The notes under the pieces: generated by a model
What the model saw: only the letters and a program-made list of their open reading frames with translations
The model's database searches: none
What the model was told of the DNA's origin: nothing
Translations under genes and position numbers: made by a program
Assembly: GCA_965214705.1 (NCBI GenBank)
Contig: OZ243972.1
Location: 2,656,001-2,720,000 of the forward strand
Origin: Alphaproteobacteria bacterium
GTDB taxonomy: Bacteria; Pseudomonadota; Alphaproteobacteria; UBA828
Reading direction: 5' to 3'
DNA length: 64,000 bases
Shown: piece by piece, positions 43,690-53,497 of the stretch
How positions within the stretch are numbered: the first letter of the stretch is position 1
Layout: each line of letters begins with the position of its first letter

Positions 43690-44031
43690 ATGGGCAAGCC
43701 ACGCTTACAACGCTCTATCCGGTTCGCCGAAGGCGAGTGGGATGCAGTCGTCCGGGCGGCCGAACAGCGAAACATGAAGCCCGCCGAGTTCGTCCGGGAA
43801 GCTGCGGCGCGGGTCGCGGCCCGCGAGATCGACCTGGACGACGGCCGGCTGACGCCCGAGTTGATCGAGCTTGTCAGGCGAACCTTCCGCGGCATGCACC
43901 TTCTCGCATACCTGAAACGCGAAGAGTTGGTCGCGCAGGGCAGGGAAGACGCCTTCAGGCGCGCTGCCGAGGCCGGCGAACTCGCGGAAGCGCAGACGTT
44001 CGGCCGCGAAGAATCCAACGACGAAGACTGA
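43690..44031 (+). CDS. Ribbon-helix-helix relaxosome accessory protein (TrwA/MobC-like)
   Basis: RSIRFAEGEWDAVVRAAEQRNMKPAEFVREAA RHH pattern; GAGG RBS. Confidence 0.7.
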   Translation: MGKPRLQRSIRFAEGEWDAVVRAAEQRNMKPAEFVREAAARVAAREIDLDDGRLTPELIELVRRTFRGMHLLAYLKREELVAQGREDAFRRAAEAGELAEAQTFGREESNDED

Positions 44032-44493
44032 CGACGCCTCCTATTCTCGTCGAAGCCGGCTGTCTTCAGCGCTTCACGAACGACCCCGGACCGTGGCCGG
44101 CGCAACGGCCTGGCGAGCTTTTCCGCCAGCCTGGGCAGCCAGCCAGGCATGCCCGCGATTGCCAACCCGTCCGCCCTCGGCGATAAGAAAGCTCACCCAC
44201 TGCCACCGTCCCTGCGCCTGAACGTCGATGCCGCTGCCCGACAAGTGCCCTCGATTCAGCTTCGCGAACGACCCTCGGCGCGCGAGCGATGGGCGATGGC
44301 GGCCCGCAGCGCCTGCCTTGCGCGTCGCCATGAGGCTCGTCCTGAAGGCCGATGCGCCGCGTATCAGCCTGCCATCTATTTCCGGCGGCCGCTTCTGTAA
44401 CGGCTCAGGCTCGCACTACGGCCGCCAGTCATACCGATCTGCCGCCTTCCGGAAGCACCTTCGACCGCCTGCACATCAATCGGCGTCCGTCTC

Positions 44494-45915
44494 GTGAGCC
44501 AATCGCAGAGCGCTTCGCGGGAGACGCTGACCCGCCAGCAGCGCAACATGGCGCTGACCGAGCCCATCGCCCGGCTGTCCCGCGACCGCCGGGTGATCTT
44601 CAAGGACGATCCGGCGCTCGCCGAGAGGCTCGACGTTCAATACCTGGCGCTGAGCGCGATCGACTTCGTGATGGAGCGCTCGGCGATTGAGGCCGGCGCT
44701 GCACCGGACGATATCGTCGAGCATGTCGCAGGCGAAGCGGTGCGCATGAAGCCGGCCCTGACCGAGAAGCAGGGCCGCAAAGCCGGACAGGTTGTCCTGG
44801 ACCACCTTTCCAATGCGCGCGAGGGCCACAAGACCTTCCGCGTGGAGTACTACGACGCGGACCGGGGCGGCTTTTCGTTCCAGGATTTCCGTCTTCTGGC
44901 GCTTTCGGCCGCCGACGACGGGTCTCCCCGTTACAAGCTCGCACGGGGCGCGCAGACGCTGACGCTCGCGATGCTCGACATCGCGCCGGAGTTTGCGCAG
45001 GAGGCCGAGGCGATCATGATCCGCAAGGCGGTGGAGCGGGGGCGCTTCGAGGACGCGCGCACGCTGGCGCGGCGCTCGCGCATGCGTTCGATCCACTACC
45101 GGCAGTTCATCGAGGACCGTCTGTTCCAGGTGCGCCGCGCCGCCGATCGCGTGAAGTGGAGCGAGGACGTGCTGCCGGAGCTGGACGAGGCGAGAACACA
45201 CCTGGGGGAGCGGCGCAAGCACGAGGCCGCGATCGTGGATTCGATCCGCGAGCACATCGCGCATGCGGAGGGCGACACGCGCGACCACCTTGTCGAGCTG
45301 AAGACGACGATCGACGACTGCCAGCAGCGCCACGCGGCGCTGTTCGAGCGGGTGATGACGGCATCGGAGGAGTTCCGGCGGCTGCAGGTGAGCGCGTTCC
45401 GCGCGCGCCTGGTGCGCGACGTTCCCGACCTGGAGGACCGCATTCTCGGTCCGCTTCTGGCCGCGCCGATGGGAACGGTGGCCGGCATGGGCGACGAGAT
45501 TGCCGCCGCCTTCGCCGCTCCGTCTCCGCCGCCGCTGCTCGATCTGGCGCTTCTGTTCGAGACCGTCACGCAGCCGAGGTTCCGGCGCGACCCCGCCGGC
45601 GCGGAAGAGGAGCTCGATCTGGTGGCGATCGAGCGGGTTCCGCCCGAGTTCGACGCCGAGGATATCCGCGAGGCGCAGGACTGGCTGGTGCGCACGATCG
45701 CGGCGCGCACGCGGCTGGACATGCGTTCGGCCGTCGGCTTCGCCGAGGACGAGGGCATGGCGGTGTCCAGGCTGCGCTGCGTGCTGTTCCTGATGCTGCG
45801 TTCGTGGTGCCCGGAGGACGATCCGCTGGGGGTGATCGCCTCCATCGACGGCGCGATTGCGCATGAGCGCGTGGCGGGCGACAACCTGGTGCTCAAGAGC
45901 GATACCGAACGATGA
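44494..45915 (+). CDS. jetA: Wadjet JetA-like (MksF/kleisin-like) protein
   Basis: First gene of a coupled four-gene operon ending in SMC + Toprim; helical, ~470 aa; assigned mainly by context. Confidence 0.7.
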   Translation: MSQSQSASRETLTRQQRNMALTEPIARLSRDRRVIFKDDPALAERLDVQYLALSAIDFVMERSAIEAGAAPDDIVEHVAGEAVRMKPALTEKQGRKAGQVVLDHLSNAREGHKTFRVEYYDADRGGFSFQDFRLLALSAADDGSPRYKLARGAQTLTLAMLDIAPEFAQEAEAIMIRKAVERGRFEDARTLARRSRMRSIHYRQFIEDRLFQVRRAADRVKWSEDVLPELDEARTHLGERRKHEAAIVDSIREHIAHAEGDTRDHLVELKTTIDDCQQRHAALFERVMTASEEFRRLQVSAFRARLVRDVPDLEDRILGPLLAAPMGTVAGMGDEIAAAFAAPSPPPLLDLALLFETVTQPRFRRDPAGAEEELDLVAIERVPPEFDAEDIREAQDWLVRTIAARTRLDMRSAVGFAEDEGMAVSRLRCVLFLMLRSWCPEDDPLGVIASIDGAIAHERVAGDNLVLKSDTER

Positions 45916-46664
45916 CCGGCCTGACCCATCTGAGCGAGACCCAGAAGGCGGTCCTTCTCCTCAACAAGGGCCTCGCGCCGAGGGCGTCGGCGTTGCGGGG
46001 CGATACCGATTACCGCCAGCTGCTGGCGCACTGGCGTGCCGATCCCGAGTTCCGGACCCTGGTACACGAGCTCGCGCCCATGCTCGGCCTCCGGGTGGTC
46101 GACGCACTGGAGCACGCGATCGTGCTCGCGCCGCAGGGTCCGGAGAGCGCGTTCGCTGCGACGCTGACGGATCTGCGCAAGGATCTTGGTGAGATGCCGC
46201 GCGGCGCGCTCGCGCTCATCCACGTGGCGATCGCGGCGACCTTCTTTCCGACTGCGGCGGTGCTGACGGGAATGCAGGAGGATCGAGCGGAGGTATCGGC
46301 GACCCCGGCGCGGATCGCGTCATTGTTGCGCGAGCACTGCCGGCGTCTGGAAGAAGAGTCGGGCAGCGATCCCGAGCTGGAGGAAGCAGGTTTGGTGGAT
46401 GCCTGGCGCGAGCTCGCGCGCCTGCCGGAGACCAGGCCCGACGGCAGCCAGCGCGCAGGCCTGGGCTCGCTCGCCGGCATGGTCAAGCTGGTGCTCAACC
46501 AGCTTCACGAGCACGGGATGGTGCAGACCCTGGAGACGGCGGACGGCGAGACCTACATGGCGACGCCGCGCTACCGGCTGCAGGTGCGCGAGCTCGCGGC
46601 GCACGAGCTGTTCGAGCGCTGCGCCTCGGTCCTGCCGGGCTTTCTGGACGGCGGGAACCGTTGA
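45912..46664 (+). CDS. jetB: Wadjet JetB-like (MksE/KITE-like) protein
   Basis: 250 aa with winged-helix-like C-terminus (LNQLHEHGMV...YMATPRYRLQV); lies between jetA and the SMC gene. Confidence 0.7.
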   Translation: MTGLTHLSETQKAVLLLNKGLAPRASALRGDTDYRQLLAHWRADPEFRTLVHELAPMLGLRVVDALEHAIVLAPQGPESAFAATLTDLRKDLGEMPRGALALIHVAIAATFFPTAAVLTGMQEDRAEVSATPARIASLLREHCRRLEEESGSDPELEEAGLVDAWRELARLPETRPDGSQRAGLGSLAGMVKLVLNQLHEHGMVQTLETADGETYMATPRYRLQVRELAAHELFERCASVLPGFLDGGNR

Positions 46665-49600
46665 ATGCGGTGCATCACGCGCATCCACCTCTCCGACTGC
46701 GGCTGGCACGAGGCGTACTATCCGGGCACGACCGTCCATCTTGCCGATCCGCGCACGGGCAAGCCCGTGCACACGGTGTTCAGCCTGGAGAACACAGGCG
46801 GCAAGACGTCCTTCCTGTCCCTGGTGCTGAGCTGCTTCGACACCAGCGAGCGGCGCTTCCTGAAGACGCTGATCCGTTCGAACCAGAAGTTCGGGGACTA
46901 TTTCGGGGAGGTGCCGGCGTTCATCCTGGTGGAATGGGACCTCTCCGGCGGGCAGGCGGGCCTGCTGGAGACGGAGCGCCTGGTCACGGGTCAGGTGGTG
47001 GTGCCGCGGGGCGAGGGCCGCCAGCGCGAGCTGGAGCGCCGCTTCTTCACGTTCCGGAGCGCGCCGGGCCTCTCTTTCGACGCCATCCCCGCGCCGGGGC
47101 TCGAAGGGTTCGAGGAGCACGGCCGCCTGAGGGGGCATCAGGACGTGCAGCGCTGGCTGCACGAGATGCGCGCGGGTCATCCCGGCAACTTCCAGGATTT
47201 TTCGAAGCAGTCGGACTGGAAGCGGAAGCTCGCCGAAGAGAAGATCGACACGGAGCTTCTGGCGGCGCAGGTCGAGTTCAACCGCAGCGAAGGCGGCATC
47301 GAGGATTTCCTGGATTTCCGGAGCGAGGCGCAGTTCCTGCGGAAGTTCCTGGCGATGACGGTGCCGGACGGGGAGGCGGGTGCTGTGCGGGGTCTGCTTG
47401 CCGAGCACGTGGCGAAGCTCTCGGACCTGCCGCGCCTGCAGCGGCGGCGGGACGCGATGCGCCGTCTGCAGGAAAAATTCGCGCCGTTCGTGGACATCGC
47501 CGCCGGGGCGCACGCCGCGCAGGAGGAGGTCTCGCGGCGCAGCAGCGATGCGTCCTCCCTCAAGGCGGCGCTGGACGAACACGCGGATAGGGCCCGTCGG
47601 CTTGCAGAAGAGCGCGCCGGGGCTGCGGAAGAGCACGAGACAGCCGCCGGCGAAGCCGAGGCGGCATGCGGGAGCGCGAGAATCGAGCTCGCCTCCGCCG
47701 CCGTCGAGACGGCGCGGCGGAGGCACGAGGCCGCCGAAGCGGCCGCCGTTGCCCGCGAGGAGGAGCGCGGACAGGCGCTCGGGCACAGCCGTCTTCTCCA
47801 AGGCGCCGTGTCGATGCGCGGCATTCTCGACGACCGGGACCGGAGCAGGGCGCTGCAGGAGGCGATCGACGCGGAGCATGCCGACCTGCAACCGCGCCGG
47901 GATGCGCTTTGCGCGATCGGCGCGGATCTCGTTTCCACCCTCAATGGGCGCGCCGGGACGTTGCGCGAGCGCCAGCGCGCCCTGTCGGCCGAAGCCCGAG
48001 AGCTGAAGGGGGCGGCGCGCGCGGCCGACGCCGAGCGGGCGGCGGCATCTGAGACCGCGCAGATGGAACACCGGGAGGCGGCGCAGATCGACGTCGACCT
48101 GGGTCATGCGCGCGAATTCCGCGCCAAGCTCGAGGAAGAGCAAGTACTCGAGCCCGGCGAGGGCGCCGATGCGGCGGCGCGGCGCCACGCGGAGGCTGCA
48201 CGGGCTGCGGAAGAAGAGGCAGCCGCGTTTCGCCGTCGGGCCGAGGAGGCGGACCTCACCGCCGCGCGGCGCCGGGAGCGCCAGGGCGACCTCAAGGCCG
48301 AGGGCTCGGTTCTGGAGACCGAGGCGGCGCGGTTGCGGGAAGCCGCCCGCGAAGGCGAGGAGCGGCGCCGGGGCCTGGCCTTCGATCCGACCCTGCTCGA
48401 GCTCGGCGGCGAGAACGAGGTCGACCCGGACGCTGACGCCGCCGGTAGGATGCTGGCGGACGCCAGGAGCGGGTGCACGGCCAGATTGCGCAATGACGAG
48501 CGGCGGCAGGAGGTTCTTCAGGCCGACCGCGAGTCTCTCGAAGCGACCGGCCTCGCGTCTATCGACGCGGACGTGCGCACCGTCGCCGGGCGGCTCCGCG
48601 ACTCCGGCATCGCCGACGCCCAGCCCTATGCCGTCTACCTCTCCGACATCCTGCGTTCGCCGGGAGAGCTCCGCCGCTTCGCCGAGCTTGACCCGGCCCG
48701 CTTCGCCGGTGTCGCCGTTCCCAACCGGAATGCACTCGATGCGGCGCGCCGGATGCTGGAGTCCGTCCCTCCGCTGAGCCGGCCGGTGACCGTCGCGGTC
48801 GCAGGCGACTCGCCGGGAGAGGAGGCGCATGACCGCTTCGTGCTCCCCGTGGACGAGCCGGCCGCCTACGACCGGGCGGCCGCCCGCGACCTGCACCGCC
48901 GGATCGAGAACGATCTGGCCGGCGTGGCGTCGTCGATCGACGCGCAGCAGACGCGGATCGAGCACCTGGAGGCCGTCTTGCAGGAGATCCGGGCGTGGCG
49001 GGAACGCTTCGGCGACGGCCGGCTCGACGGGATGCGGCGGGACATCGAGCGCAAGGACACGCGGATCGCAGAGATCGCAGGCGAGATTGACGCGCTGTCC
49101 GGCCGGATCGAGGCCGCCGAGCGGGACGCCCGGGACTGCCGCAGCAGGGCGGGCGAATGCGATCGCCAGGCCCATGCGTCCGCCGAGCGCGCGCGCCGTG
49201 CCGCCGAACACCACGCGCAATGGGGCTCGCGGGTCGACGGCTGGCGCAAGGCACACCTCGCTCACCGGCAGCGGGCGGCTTCTGCCGAACGCCTCGCCCA
49301 CGAGAAGGAGGCGGAGCGGGATGGTCATACCAGGGAGGCTCGTGCCCGCGAGGACGAGGCGGCAAACGCCGCAAGCATGGCCTCGGACGTGGAGCGCGAG
49401 GCGGGCGGCGTCGCCTACTCGGGACCCGGCGGAAGGGCGGACGGCAATCTCGACACGTTGCGCGGCGCGTACGATCGCGAGCTCGAGGCGCTGACGGCCC
49501 TGGAGCAGGAGCGGGTGGGCGAGTTGCGCGGCCAGCGCCTGGAGATCGAGCGCGCCCTGGCCGAAAAGGAGGACCGCTTCGCGGAGGCGTTCGGCGATCT

Positions 49601-51032
49601 GGAACGCGCCGTGGTCGAGACCGAGGCGGCGCGCGACGGCCTGCGGGAGGCTGCCGCCGGCGCGGTGGCAGCGCTCGAAACGGCGCGCGAGGCTGCATCG
49701 GCCGCCCGTGCGGAGGCGGACTCCGCGGAGAGGGACTACCGCACGGAGAAGGAGAGGCGCACACGGGAGATCCGCCCCGAGCCGCTGACCGACCTGCGTT
49801 CGCTCGCTCCGGAGGCGCTTGCCGGCGTTGAACCACGGGCGGAGTTGGCCATCGTCGAGCAGGAAGCCGTCGCCTCGCGCGAGGCGGATGCCGCGCGGCG
49901 GGCGCGCGAAAAGGCAGCTGGACACGGGCGGACGGCCGCGTCGTGCGCAGACTGGGCCGCCACCCTCGCCGGCGTCCTGGGCGCCGACAGCGCTCCGGCG
50001 GAAAGGATGGAGCTCCCGCGCGAGGACGAGGTGGCCGCGCTGGTCAGCGACACCGTCGCCGCGCTCGGACGGGCTCGCGACGACCTTGGCGAGGCGCACA
50101 AGGCCGTCTACGAGAGCTACGACGACATCCGCAGGTTCACCAGCTCTGACGCCTTCAGGGAGCTCGAGAGCGAGCGGGAGGTCGCCGCGCACCTCGGCGC
50201 CAACGATCCGCTGGCCGCAGCGGAGAACGCGGAGAGGACGGCGGGCCTGATCGACGACCGCCTGAAGACCATCGAGCACGACCTCTCGCGCCTCGACGAA
50301 GACCTCGAGGCCTGCGTGGCGGAGCTGGAACGTCTGCTTCGGACTGCCCTGCACATCCTGCGCCGCATGGTCCGCGACGGGCGCATCCCGGACCACGTGC
50401 CCCGCTTCGGGGGGCAGCCGGTGTTCCGCATGAGCGCCGACCTCTCCCGGGTCGCCGCCGACCAGCGCAGGGAGATCCTCCGCAGCTACGTCACCGACCT
50501 GGCGGAGGCCGACCGGATCCCGGAGACGGGCCAGGACATCACCTCCGAGCTGGTCGAGCGCATGACCGCGGCGCTGGGCAGGGACTCCCTCGGCATCCGG
50601 CTGCTGAAACCCAAGGGCGAGGGCGACACCGAGCACATGCCGATCGACCGGGTGAGCGTCTCGGGCGGCGAGTTGCTGACGGCCGCCATGATGATCTACC
50701 TGGTGCTGGCGCGGCTGCGCGCGGAGGCGATGCACGTCGGCGCGGGCGAGGGCGGCATCCTCATCATGGACAACCCTTTGGGAAAGGCGAACAAGGCCCT
50801 GCTGCTGAAGACCCAGATCGGTCTCGCAGACGCCATGGGGATTCAGCTCTTCTACACGACGGGAGTGCAAGACACGAACGCGCTGGCCGAGTTCGAGAAC
50901 ATCGTGCGGCTGCGGCGCATCGGCCAGTCGCGCGGCTCGCGCCGCATCCATGTGGAAGTCGAGGCCATGCGCGCCCATATCGACAGGCGGGTGGTCGAAG
51001 ACACCGCAAGGCCGGCCGTGGCCGCCGAGTAG
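46665..51032 (+). CDS. jetC: Wadjet JetC SMC-like ATPase (type III-like)
   Basis: Walker A LENTGGKTS, long coiled coils with central hinge, signature SGGE and Walker B ILIMDNPLGKA. Confidence 0.85.
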   Translation: MRCITRIHLSDCGWHEAYYPGTTVHLADPRTGKPVHTVFSLENTGGKTSFLSLVLSCFDTSERRFLKTLIRSNQKFGDYFGEVPAFILVEWDLSGGQAGLLETERLVTGQVVVPRGEGRQRELERRFFTFRSAPGLSFDAIPAPGLEGFEEHGRLRGHQDVQRWLHEMRAGHPGNFQDFSKQSDWKRKLAEEKIDTELLAAQVEFNRSEGGIEDFLDFRSEAQFLRKFLAMTVPDGEAGAVRGLLAEHVAKLSDLPRLQRRRDAMRRLQEKFAPFVDIAAGAHAAQEEVSRRSSDASSLKAALDEHADRARRLAEERAGAAEEHETAAGEAEAACGSARIELASAAVETARRRHEAAEAAAVAREEERGQALGHSRLLQGAVSMRGILDDRDRSRALQEAIDAEHADLQPRRDALCAIGADLVSTLNGRAGTLRERQRALSAEARELKGAARAADAERAAASETAQMEHREAAQIDVDLGHAREFRAKLEEEQVLEPGEGADAAARRHAEAARAAEEEAAAFRRRAEEADLTAARRRERQGDLKAEGSVLETEAARLREAAREGEERRRGLAFDPTLLELGGENEVDPDADAAGRMLADARSGCTARLRNDERRQEVLQADRESLEATGLASIDADVRTVAGRLRDSGIADAQPYAVYLSDILRSPGELRRFAELDPARFAGVAVPNRNALDAARRMLESVPPLSRPVTVAVAGDSPGEEAHDRFVLPVDEPAAYDRAAARDLHRRIENDLAGVASSIDAQQTRIEHLEAVLQEIRAWRERFGDGRLDGMRRDIERKDTRIAEIAGEIDALSGRIEAAERDARDCRSRAGECDRQAHASAERARRAAEHHAQWGSRVDGWRKAHLAHRQRAASAERLAHEKEAERDGHTREARAREDEAANAASMASDVEREAGGVAYSGPGGRADGNLDTLRGAYDRELEALTALEQERVGELRGQRLEIERALAEKEDRFAEAFGDLERAVVETEAARDGLREAAAGAVAALETAREAASAARAEADSAERDYRTEKERRTREIRPEPLTDLRSLAPEALAGVEPRAELAIVEQEAVASREADAARRAREKAAGHGRTAASCADWAATLAGVLGADSAPAERMELPREDEVAALVSDTVAALGRARDDLGEAHKAVYESYDDIRRFTSSDAFRELESEREVAAHLGANDPLAAAENAERTAGLIDDRLKTIEHDLSRLDEDLEACVAELERLLRTALHILRRMVRDGRIPDHVPRFGGQPVFRMSADLSRVAADQRREILRSYVTDLAEADRIPETGQDITSELVERMTAALGRDSLGIRLLKPKGEGDTEHMPIDRVSVSGGELLTAAMMIYLVLARLRAEAMHVGAGEGGILIMDNPLGKANKALLLKTQIGLADAMGIQLFYTTGVQDTNALAEFENIVRLRRIGQSRGSRRIHVEVEAMRAHIDRRVVEDTARPAVAAE

Positions 51033-51033
51033 C

Positions 51034-52068
51034 ATGGGCTCGTTCGGGGAGGAACTGCGCGCGCTGGGCAAGCGGCGCATCCGCCTGCCCGAGCTGCGTA
51101 CCGCCTGGCTCCGCGCCCACCCCGAAGCCCGCGACCAGCCGGAGCAGAGGTGCCTGCTCCTCGACGCCCTGCGGGGCCTTGAGAGCGAGGGACTCGTCGA
51201 CCTTCCGAAACGGGGATGGGATACCTCGGGCTCGCCCGCGCTTCCGCGCACCGCCAGCCTCCGGCATGCGGCGCAGAACCGGTACACCCGGACACCTCAA
51301 TCCTGGCTTCCTGCCCTGGCCTTCGCCGCGGGCGAGCGCCACCCCGTGCGGCGTGCCGACCTACAGGCCGTCAACGCGTACCTTCTTTCCGTGCGCGGCA
51401 GGGAGCCCGTGCCGGCGCCGACGAGGGAACGCTCGCTGCAGATATTCGGGGACGAAAAGCGGCTCGACGACCTGCGCAAGGGCGATCCGGCCCTGTTCGA
51501 GGGCCGCGTCACGCTGGCCGATCTCCACTGCTATCCCGTCGCCCCGCCGCTGCCGCACGAAACGCCCCTGAAGCTTGAACCGGGTCGGCCGATCCTGGTG
51601 CTGGAGAACTATCACTCCTGGGACAGCTTCCGCCGATGGAACCGCGACGCTGCGCTCTACGCCGCGATCGCCTACGGCGGCGGCAACGCCTTCCGGCAAG
51701 GCGCCGGCAACCTGGACGATCTGGTGGAGAGTACGCTGGCGAAGGGCGCCATGTACCTCGGCGATCTCGATCCCGCCGGCGTCCGGATACTGATCGGGGT
51801 CAACCGGCGGCGGCAGTCGGAGGGGCGGGCGGTTCTGAACCCGCATCGCGGCCTCTATCGCTGGCTTCTCGCGCACGGCCGCCGGTGTCCCCTGGAGCGG
51901 ACAGCGGAGAATGCGGAGGTCGACGGTCTGGTCGACGTGTTTCCCGCCGACCTCGCGAGGGCGCTGGTGGGGCTCTGGTCTGCAGGGCAGCGCATTCCGC
52001 AGGAGAGCTTTGGCATGGCGCAACTCTCGGGAGTCGAATCCGAATTCGCCGCGCCTGATGCCGGCTGA
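51034..52068 (+). CDS. jetD: Wadjet JetD Toprim nuclease (DUF2220-like)
   Basis: ERSLQIFGDEK, ILVLEN, AYGGG and YLGDLDPAGVRI (Toprim E and DxD). Confidence 0.85.
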   Translation: MGSFGEELRALGKRRIRLPELRTAWLRAHPEARDQPEQRCLLLDALRGLESEGLVDLPKRGWDTSGSPALPRTASLRHAAQNRYTRTPQSWLPALAFAAGERHPVRRADLQAVNAYLLSVRGREPVPAPTRERSLQIFGDEKRLDDLRKGDPALFEGRVTLADLHCYPVAPPLPHETPLKLEPGRPILVLENYHSWDSFRRWNRDAALYAAIAYGGGNAFRQGAGNLDDLVESTLAKGAMYLGDLDPAGVRILIGVNRRRQSEGRAVLNPHRGLYRWLLAHGRRCPLERTAENAEVDGLVDVFPADLARALVGLWSAGQRIPQESFGMAQLSGVESEFAAPDAG

Positions 52069-52111
52069 CGCGTGGGGCGGAATGTTGCGGTGGGGACATT
52101 CCCGCCGATGA

Positions 52112-52126
52112 ATGCGTGGGGTGTGA
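52112..52126 (+). repeat. Left copy of 15-bp direct repeat containing an F-type nic core
   Basis: ATGCGTGGGGTGTGA, preceded by a CATTC/GAATG hairpin; identical to 58550-58564. Confidence 0.8.
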
Positions 52127-52355
52127 GACCTAAACGCCGCAGGGCGTAGAGAATCGCACTTCCTCCGTGCATCCGCGAGGCGCTGAAAGCCCCGTAGACA
52201 CAACGGCTTGCAGCCCGCGCGGCGTTTGAGCGCGGCACTTCCGACCCTTCCCATCTTCGGACCCGCCGCCGTTACCCGGCGTGTCCTGGGTGTTCCCCAA
52301 CGGGGACGCCCGCGACGCGCCGGTCGCGACCGAAACGAACGGGAGGGATCGGAAC

Positions 52356-53497
52356 ATGGCGAACAGAACGAAGATCACGATGGCGGGCGTGCGCGCCTTC
52401 GCGACTGCGGACGGACGCGAGGCCGTGCTGTGGGACAGCGCGGCACCGGGGCTTGGTCTGCGGGTGCGCTTGAATGGGCGCAAGACGTGGATCGTGCACC
52501 GGCGCTGCAACGGCTTGGTCGTCAAGCGGACGCTCGGCACGCTCGACGCGCTGACGGTCGAGGACGCACGGCACGCGGCGCGGGCGCTGCTCGCCGACGC
52601 CGAAACGGGCGGCGCGGCGGCGGCGGTCCCGACCGTGCGGACATTCGCGCCGGTGTTTCTTGCCGACTGCGCCGAACGCTGGAAGCCCTCGACGCGGGAA
52701 GCCTACGCGCATACCGTGCGGCGCTGGATACTGCCCGCGTTCGCCAACCGCCCGGTCGATGCGATCGGCGCTAAGGATGTGCGTCCTTGGCACGACGACA
52801 TCGCGGCCATGTATCCGGGCTCGGCGCACTGGGCGCTCGCGGCGATGTCGTCGATGATGAAGCACGCCGAGGCACTCGGCCTGCGGCGCGAGGACTCCAA
52901 CCCGTGCAAGGGACTGCGGCGGCGCAAGACCGGCTTCGAGGCGCACTACCTGACGGACGACGAGTTCGCCGCGCTCGGTCGGGCGCTCGACGGCGCGGAA
53001 GCGGATCATCCGGTCGCCGTCGCCGTGGTGCGCTTCCTGCTCTACACCGGCGCGCGCAAGTCCGAGGCGCTGCGGCTCAAGTGGGAGCATGTTCACGGCG
53101 ACCGCGCGGTGTTGCCCGACTCGAAAACCGGCCCGCGCACGATCTGGCTGGCGTCCCCGGCCCGCGCCGTGCTCGCGGCGCGGCTACGGCGCACCAATTG
53201 CCCTTGGGTGTTCGCTTCTCCCTGCGGCGGGCCTGCGACGGTGGACAGGGAATGGAACGCGATCCGCGCGGCGGCGGGCCTGCCGACGCTGCGCATCCAC
53301 GACCTCCGGCATAGCCATGCGGCGGTCGCGGTCAACGGCGGCGAGGGCCTGCGCGTCGTCGCCGGGCTGCTCGGCATGCCGACATCAAGACCACCTTCGG
53401 CTATGCGCACCTTGCCGAGGACTCCGTGTTCGACGCGGCCAACCGGGTGTCGCGCGGCCTCGCCGACATGCTCGACGGCGGGGAGGCGGGCCGATGA
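52356..53497 (+). pseudogene. Arm-binding-domain tyrosine integrase 1, frameshifted
   Basis: WDSAAPGLGLRV arm domain, TGARKSE, SKTG and HDLRHS; CTCGGCATGCC at ~53370-53380 lacks 1 nt of LGH; the shifted frame continues HADIKTTFGYAHL to TGA at 53497. Confidence 0.85.
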
